Source of the DNA: Actinomycetota bacterium
GTDB lineage: Bacteria; Actinomycetota; Acidimicrobiia; IMCC26256; VFJJ01
NCBI GenBank assembly: GCA_009886115.1
Contig: VFJJ01000097.1
Coordinates: forward strand, 1 to 35,862
Direction of reading: 5' to 3'
DNA: 35,862 nt
The notes under the pieces are model-generated. The model was not told where the DNA came from. It saw only the letters and a program-made list of their open reading frames with translations, and searched no databases. Within the stretch, counting starts at the first letter, position 1, and each line of letters starts with the position of its first letter. The translations under genes and the position numbers were made by a program. Below are positions 30,151 to 35,862 of this stretch, piece by piece.

Positions 30151-31722
30151 GTGACGGGGGCGAGCGCGCAGGCCGGGGGCACGACGAGTGACGGCCCGAC
30201 GAGCGACAGCCCGACCGGCGACACCGGCGACACCGGCGACGGCAAGCCCCGGGAGGCCTGCGGGGTCGTGGGAGTGTTCACCCCGGGCCAGCCTGCGGCT
30301 CGGCTGGCCTACTTCGCGATCTTCGCGCTGCAGCATCGAGGGCAGGAATCCGCTGGCATCGCCGTGAGCGACGGTCGGAGCCTGCAGGTCGTCAAGGACA
30401 TGGGTCTCGTCACCCAGGTGTTCGACGATCGGAGCCTCCAGCCCCTCCACGGGCACGTCGCCATCGGTCACGTCCGCTATTCGACCACCGGCTCGAGCAC
30501 CTACAACAACGCCCAGCCCATCTACCGCTCGGCCGGCGCCGGCAGCTTCGCCTTGGGGCACAACGGGAACCTGACCAACACCGAGGAGCTCGCCGGATTG
30601 CTCGGAATGCTCCCGGGGATGACCCGCCCCGAGTTCACCTCCGACTCCGACCTGATCGCCGAGCTCGTCGCTCGCGAGTACGGCGACGAGCCCCTCGGCG
30701 ACCAGCGCGACCTCGAGACGGCCCTGCTGGCGGTGTTGCCCCGGCTCCAGGGGGCGTTCTCGCTGGTGCTGATGGACGAGCGTTGCGTGGTGGCCGTCCG
30801 CGATCGCAACGGGTTCCGCCCTCTGGTGCTGGGCCGGGCCGAGACGGGTTGGGTGGTGGCCTCGGAGACCGCTGCGCTCGACATCGTCGGGGCCCGGTTC
30901 GTGCGTGAGGTCGAGCCCGGCGAGATGGTCGTGATCCACGACAACGGCCTGCGCTCGCACCGCTGGGCCGAGGCCTCGCCCAACTTGTGCATCTTCGAGT
31001 TCGTGTACTTCGCCCGTCCCGACTCGATGCTCTACGGCCACAACGTCCACGCCGCCAGGCAGCGCATGGGCGAGGAGCTGGCCCGGCAGGCGCCGGTGAG
31101 CGCCGACATGGTGATGCCCGTCCCCGAGTCGGGCGTTCCTGCCGCCCAGGGCTTCGCCCGCACGACGGGCGTCCCGTACGGCGACGGGCTGGTCAAGAAC
31201 CGCTACGTGGGTCGCACGTTCATCTCGCCGACCCAGCAGATGCGGGGCTCCGGGGTGCGGGTGAAGCTCAATCCTCTGGCCGAGAACATTCGCGGGAAGC
31301 GCCTCGTCGTCGTCGACGACTCGATCGTGCGGGGGACCACGACCCGCCAGATCGTCGCCATGCTCCGGGAGTCGGGCGCCACCGAGGTGCACCTGCGCAT
31401 CAGCTCGCCGCCCTACCGCTGGCCGTGCTTCTACGGCATGGACACCGGTCGCCGCTCCGAGCTCCTGGCTGCCGACATGTCGGTCGGTGAGATCTGCGAC
31501 TACATCGGCGCCGACTCGCTGGCCTACCTCGAGCTCGACCGACTGGTGCGAGCCACGGGCGCCCCCGGACCGTCGTTCTGCACCGCGTGCCTCAGCGGCG
31601 ACTATCCCGTGGCCGTGCCCGAGGGCCTGGCCACGGAGATGCTCGAGATCACCCCGAGCTCGCCCCGTCAGACCGCCGACGAGATGCCGGCTCGACGACC
31701 CGCGGGCATCATCGTCCGATGA
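30151..31722 (+). CDS. purF: Amidophosphoribosyltransferase with low-complexity propeptide
   Basis: KPREACGVVG, ALQHRGQESAG, GHVRYST, CIFEFVYFARPDS, VVVDDSIVRGTT, Fe-S cysteines; start uncertain. Confidence 0.97.
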   Translation: MTGASAQAGGTTSDGPTSDSPTGDTGDTGDGKPREACGVVGVFTPGQPAARLAYFAIFALQHRGQESAGIAVSDGRSLQVVKDMGLVTQVFDDRSLQPLHGHVAIGHVRYSTTGSSTYNNAQPIYRSAGAGSFALGHNGNLTNTEELAGLLGMLPGMTRPEFTSDSDLIAELVAREYGDEPLGDQRDLETALLAVLPRLQGAFSLVLMDERCVVAVRDRNGFRPLVLGRAETGWVVASETAALDIVGARFVREVEPGEMVVIHDNGLRSHRWAEASPNLCIFEFVYFARPDSMLYGHNVHAARQRMGEELARQAPVSADMVMPVPESGVPAAQGFARTTGVPYGDGLVKNRYVGRTFISPTQQMRGSGVRVKLNPLAENIRGKRLVVVDDSIVRGTTTRQIVAMLRESGATEVHLRISSPPYRWPCFYGMDTGRRSELLAADMSVGEICDYIGADSLAYLELDRLVRATGAPGPSFCTACLSGDYPVAVPEGLATEMLEITPSSPRQTADEMPARRPAGIIVR

Positions 31723-31738
31723 CTCGACAACGAAGCAC

Positions 31739-32818
31739 GTGACCGAACCCGAGAACCGGGCGTACCCCGAGGCGCACCCCGACGCCGGCCTGACCTACGC
31801 GGCGGCCGGCGTCTCGATCGAGGCCAACGACGTGGCCGTCGAGCGCCTCCGCAGCCACGTTCGAAGCACGAACCGACCCGAGGTGATCGGCGATCTCGGG
31901 TCGTTCGGGGGCCTGTTCTCCTTCGCGGCCAAGGCCTTCGACGATCCTGTGCTCGTCTCCTCGACCGACGGTGTGGGAACCAAGTCGCTCGTCGCTGCGG
32001 CGTTGCGCCGCTACGACACCATCGGCATCGACCTCGTGGCCATGTCGGTCGACGACATTGCCGTCCAGGGCGCCGATCCCTTGTTCTTTCTCGACTACGT
32101 CTCGCTGGGCCGCAACGACCCGGCGATGGTCGAGCAGATCGTCGCCGGCGTGGCCGCCGGCTGCCGGCAGGCCGGCGCGGCGCTTCTCGGCGGCGAGATC
32201 TCCGAGCACCCGGGCCTGTTCCCCGAGGGCGGTTTCGATCTGGTCGGCTTCGCCGTGGGTGTCGTCGAACGGGCCGCGCTGCTTCCGAGAGCAGTCGCGC
32301 CCGGTGACGTGCTCGTGGGGATCGCCAGCCCCGGGCTCCGGTCGAACGGGTACACGCTGGCCCGCCACGCGCTGCTCGAGGTGGCCGGACGCCGGCTCGA
32401 CGAGCCCGCCTGGGATGGAGCCGACGTCACGCTGGGCGACGAGCTGCTGCGACCCAGCGTGATCTACGCGCCGGCACTGGCGTCGCTGCGAGCGGTGGTC
32501 GAGGTTCATGCCTTCGCCCACGTCACCGGGGGTGGCATCGCAGGGAACCTGGCGCGCGTGCTCCCGTCCGACTGCGACGCCGTCGTGAACGGTGGCACCT
32601 GGCCCGAGCCCCCGATCTTCGCCGTCGTCGCCGAAGCCGGGCCGGTCAGCCGCTCGGAGATGGAACGCGTCTTCAACCTCGGCGTGGGGATGATCGCCGT
32701 CGTCGCCGGCAATGCCGGTCGAGCTACCGTCGAGCACCTCGCGGCGATCGGCCACGAAGCGTGGCTGATCGGCGAGGTCGCCGCCGGGACCGGGCACGTC
32801 ACGCTCGTGAGCCGCTGA
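31739..32818 (+). CDS. purM: AIR synthetase
   Basis: TYAAAGVSI, STDGVGTK, PLFFLDY, GGEISEHPG, SNGYTLAR, HVTGGG, VFNLGVGM. Confidence 0.97.
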   Translation: MTEPENRAYPEAHPDAGLTYAAAGVSIEANDVAVERLRSHVRSTNRPEVIGDLGSFGGLFSFAAKAFDDPVLVSSTDGVGTKSLVAAALRRYDTIGIDLVAMSVDDIAVQGADPLFFLDYVSLGRNDPAMVEQIVAGVAAGCRQAGAALLGGEISEHPGLFPEGGFDLVGFAVGVVERAALLPRAVAPGDVLVGIASPGLRSNGYTLARHALLEVAGRRLDEPAWDGADVTLGDELLRPSVIYAPALASLRAVVEVHAFAHVTGGGIAGNLARVLPSDCDAVVNGGTWPEPPIFAVVAEAGPVSRSEMERVFNLGVGMIAVVAGNAGRATVEHLAAIGHEAWLIGEVAAGTGHVTLVSR

Positions 32819-33030
32819 CTCGGCGTTCTCCGCCGGGTTCCGCCTGCTCGCGGCCATTGGCCGAGCTACATCCTCCGAGAGTGATTCCGTCTCCAGTTGG
32901 GCTGGATGTGTGCCGATGGTGCTTGAGACCACCCACAGGGCGGGATGTCGGAACCAGGCCGGTACCGACTATCGCTGGCCACCGTGGAGCATCGGGCCCC
33001 TGATGCTCCCTGGCGCACGAGGAACTTTCG

Positions 33031-33231
33031 ATGACCAATCGCCACAATGACGAAGAACTTCTGACCCCCTCAGAGGTGGCGGCGCTCTTCCGGGTCAACC
33101 CGAAGACCGTCACCCGCTGGGCCCGGGCCGGAAAGATCTCGGCCATCCGTACGCTGGGGGGGCACCGGCGCTTTCGGGCGTCGGAGATCCGCAAGTTCCT
33201 CGAGGAAGTCGAGAGCGAACAAGCGGGTTGA
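33031..33231 (+). CDS. bldC: BldC-family MerR-like transcriptional regulator
   Basis: LLTPSEVAALFRVNPKTVTRWARAGKISAIRTLGGHRRF closely matches the Streptomyces BldC core as I recall it; GAGGA RBS; located near purM. Confidence 0.92.
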   Translation: MTNRHNDEELLTPSEVAALFRVNPKTVTRWARAGKISAIRTLGGHRRFRASEIRKFLEEVESEQAG

Positions 33232-33375
33232 CCACAACCGTCCACCGGTTGGTGACTGGGCAGGTCACTGAGCAGCGGACGCGCCCGAGGTGATGGCATC
33301 GGCAACGGTGTCACCACCTCGGGCGCGTTCTCGCGTCCGAGGTGGGCCGGGCCCCGTGGTGGTACGTTCCCCGCC

Positions 33376-34788
33376 ATGCGAGCACCGAACCCTGCCTACT
33401 CCGTCCGCATCCGCGTCGAGGTCTCGAACGTCCCCGGGACCCTGGGGCGCTTGGCCACGGCGATCGGCGACGTCGGCGGGAACATCCAGGCGATCGACAT
33501 CTTCGAGGCCAGCGCCGAGCTGCTCGTGCGCGATGTCACCGTCGAAGCGCGCGACGAGGCCCATGCCGAGGCCATCCGGTCCACCGTGGAGTCGGTCGAC
33601 GGGGTGCATGTCCGCGACGTCTCCGACCGCACGTTCCAGCTCCACGAGGGCGGCAAGATCGAGATGCGATCACGCATCCCCTGCCGCACCCGCGACGATC
33701 TCTCGATGGCATACACCCCGGGCGTGGCCCGGGTCTCGATGGCCATCGCCAAGAACCCCGAGGAAGCCTTCCGGTACACGATCAAGAAGAACACCATCGC
33801 CATCGTGAGCGACGGCACGGCGGTGCTGGGCCTCGGCGACATCGGGCCCTTCGGGGCGATCCCGGTGATGGAGGGCAAGGCCTTGCTCTTCAAGGAGTTC
33901 GCCGGCATCGACGCCTTCCCCATCTGTCTCGACGTCACCAGTGCCGAAGAGATCATCGAGTCGGTGCAACGCATCGCTCCGGTCTTCGGCGGCATCAACC
34001 TCGAGGACATCGCGGCGCCGCGGTGCTTCGAGGTCGAGGAGCGCCTCGACGAGCTCCTCGACATCCCGATCTTCCACGACGACCAGCACGGGACGGCCAT
34101 CGTCACGGTCGCGGCACTGCGGAACGCGGTCAAGATCGTGGGCAAGTCGATGAGCGATCTCAAGGTGATCGTCGCCGGCGTCGGCGCCGCCGGGGTCGCC
34201 ACCACGAAGATGCTCATGGCGCTCGGCGTCGAGAACATCATCGGCGTCGATCGACGAGGGGCCGTGTACACGGGCCGCGACGAGCTGAACGCCTCGAAGC
34301 GCTGGTTCGCCGAGCACACCAACCCCGAGATGCGCAAGGGAGCGATCTACGAGGTGCTGCCCGGCGCCGACGTGTTCATCGGTCTCTCGGGACCCAACGT
34401 GATCATGCGCGACGACCTCAGGGTGATGGCCAAGGACCCCATCGTGTTCGCCATGTCGAACCCCGACCCCGAGATCCCGCCCGAGGAGGCCGAGGGCATG
34501 GTCGCGGTGATGGCGACCGGCCGGTCCGACTACCCGAACCAGATCAACAACGTGCTGGCGTTCCCGGGCGTGTTCCGCGGTGCGCTCGACGCCGGCGCGA
34601 CCACGATCACCGACGACATGAAGATGGCCGCGGCCGACGCCATCGCCTCGGTGATCCCCGACTCCGAGTTGTCGCCCGGCTACATCATCCCTTCGGTGTT
34701 CAACCCCCGGGTCGTCGAGCGGGTGTCGGCGGCTGTGCACGCCAAGGCCAAGGAACAGGGCGTGTGCCGGCAGGTGTGGGAAGGGTGA
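33376..34788 (+). CDS. NAD(P)-dependent malic enzyme with N-terminal ACT domain
   Basis: ACT (NVPGTLGRLATAIG), YTPGVA, DGTAVLGLGDIG, MEGKALLFK, INLEDI, FHDDQHGTA, NQINNVLAFPG. Confidence 0.95.
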   Translation: MRAPNPAYSVRIRVEVSNVPGTLGRLATAIGDVGGNIQAIDIFEASAELLVRDVTVEARDEAHAEAIRSTVESVDGVHVRDVSDRTFQLHEGGKIEMRSRIPCRTRDDLSMAYTPGVARVSMAIAKNPEEAFRYTIKKNTIAIVSDGTAVLGLGDIGPFGAIPVMEGKALLFKEFAGIDAFPICLDVTSAEEIIESVQRIAPVFGGINLEDIAAPRCFEVEERLDELLDIPIFHDDQHGTAIVTVAALRNAVKIVGKSMSDLKVIVAGVGAAGVATTKMLMALGVENIIGVDRRGAVYTGRDELNASKRWFAEHTNPEMRKGAIYEVLPGADVFIGLSGPNVIMRDDLRVMAKDPIVFAMSNPDPEIPPEEAEGMVAVMATGRSDYPNQINNVLAFPGVFRGALDAGATTITDDMKMAAADAIASVIPDSELSPGYIIPSVFNPRVVERVSAAVHAKAKEQGVCRQVWEG

Positions 34789-35540
34789 GCGGGCCCTCGC
34801 GCCGCCGGGTCGACGCGGTCACGTTCGATTTCTGGGAGACGCTGTGCCGGCGTCGGCCGGGGGCGCTCGAGGAACGGCGGGGCGAGCTCATCTCGGTCGT
34901 CGCGGCCGGCGTGGGCGTGACCGTCGACGCTGACACCCTCGACGGAGCGATGAGCAGGGTCTGGGACGTGTACGTCGAGGCCTGGAACGCGAACCGTCAG
35001 TTCTCGGGGAACGACGCGGCCCTCTGGGTCGCGACACTGTTGGCCCGCAGCCACCCGGAGCTGGCATCCGCCGCGGTCCAGACGAGCATCGTCGAGGCCT
35101 TCCACCGGGCCGCCGACGACGCCGACCTGGTCCTGATCGTCGGCGTCGGCGAGGTGCTCGCGGCCCTGTCGGCAGCGGGGATCAAGCTCGGGATCATCTG
35201 CGACGTCGGGTTCCTGGCATCGTCTGAGCTGCGCCGCGCGCTCGATCGTCATGGTGTGCTGTCACGGTTCGACCATTGGTCGTTCTCCGACGAGGTCGGC
35301 GTGTTCAAGCCCGACCGTCGAATCTTCGAGCACGCGTTGGCCGGGCTCGGCGGGGTCGATCCCGCACGCTCCGCTCACGTCGGAGACATCCGGCGCACCG
35401 ACATCGCCGGTGCCCGGGCCATGGGAATGCTGGCGATCCGCTTCAGCGGGGTCTCGGACGACCGTGATGGCGCGCACCCCGAAGCCGACGTCGTGATCGA
35501 CGATCACCGCGACCTCGTCGACATCGTGCTCGGAACCTGA
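34785..35540 (+). CDS. HAD-superfamily hydrolase
   Basis: AVTFDFWETL, FSDEVGVFKPD, HVGDIRRTDIAGA; GTGA overlap with the malic enzyme stop. Confidence 0.88.
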   Translation: MSGPSRRRVDAVTFDFWETLCRRRPGALEERRGELISVVAAGVGVTVDADTLDGAMSRVWDVYVEAWNANRQFSGNDAALWVATLLARSHPELASAAVQTSIVEAFHRAADDADLVLIVGVGEVLAALSAAGIKLGIICDVGFLASSELRRALDRHGVLSRFDHWSFSDEVGVFKPDRRIFEHALAGLGGVDPARSAHVGDIRRTDIAGARAMGMLAIRFSGVSDDRDGAHPEADVVIDDHRDLVDIVLGT

Positions 35541-35622
35541 GCCCTGCCGGGGCGACGGGCTGCCGGGCCGCCCTGGGCAACGAGCGCCTTGGGCCGGCAG
35601 CTGTTGCAGCAACAGCCGTGGG

Positions 35623-35862
35623 TCAGCCGTCGGCCGGTGGCTCGATGGGCGCTTCCTCGGGAGGGAGTGTTTCGATCGGAGGGGGTTCTTCGGCGAAGGT
35701 CAGGTCGGTGAAGGGATCGTCAGGGACGCCGTCACCGTCGATGTCGATGTCGGGCAGCGAATCCAAGATCGCGGCGAGGTCGTCGGGAATGCCGTCGCCG
35801 TCGACGTCGATGTCGGGCAGCGAATCCAAGATCGCGGCGAGGTCGTCGGGAATGCCGTCGCC
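35623..35862 (-). CDS. C-terminal fragment of an acidic repeat protein with DxDxDG (putative Ca-binding) repeats; 5' end outside window
   Basis: Frame open to the window edge; repeats of DDLAAILDSLPDIDVDGDGIP then a Pro/Glu tail. Confidence 0.7.
   Translation of the reverse strand, partial: GDGIPDDLAAILDSLPDIDVDGDGIPDDLAAILDSLPDIDIDGDGVPDDPFTDLTFAEEPPPIETLPPEEAPIEPPADG
35728..35862. repeat. 63-bp tandem repeat (at least 2.1 copies, runs off the window)
   Basis: ATCCAAGATC at 35761 and 35824; unit starts at 35728, 35791, 35854. Confidence 0.92.

Noticed and set aside
33031..33231. Excisionase marking a second mobile element
   Set aside because: Sequence and purM linkage fit chromosomal BldC; no integrase or att site nearby

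Overview
High-GC actinobacterial chromosomal window. Gene content (HspR/HAIR, bldC next to purM, split PurSQL) suggests Acidimicrobiia-like, which is an inference. The left edge is the junction of an apparent integrative element that cuts a tRNA-Gly(CCC) gene just after its anticodon arm, leaving an unrepaired 5' half. Next come an acyl-CoA module (OB-fold protein, thiolase, family III CoA-transferase), dcd, a TauE/SafE exporter, a DUF2207-like protein, a lipoprotein and a FadF-like membrane Fe-S oxidoreductase. These are followed by a divergent cNMP-binding/winged-helix pair and an HtrA-like lipoprotein lacking its catalytic Ser. The HAIR-controlled dnaK-grpE-dnaJ-hspR-clpB cluster precedes a purine cluster (purA-D-B-C, purS-Q-pyrE, purL-F-M) interrupted by small uncharacterised genes. 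The window ends with bldC, an ACT-domain malic enzyme, a HAD hydrolase and a truncated repeat protein. Best leads: the unrepaired tRNA/att junction; bridging ORFs that overlap both the upstream stop and downstream start at four pur junctions, plus a similar case in the thiolase cluster; a candidate new nucleoid-associated protein with an RGR motif; a 41-aa protein behind a SigB/SigF-type promoter; and several sigma28/WhiG-like promoters. All calls are by eye; no database searches were run.
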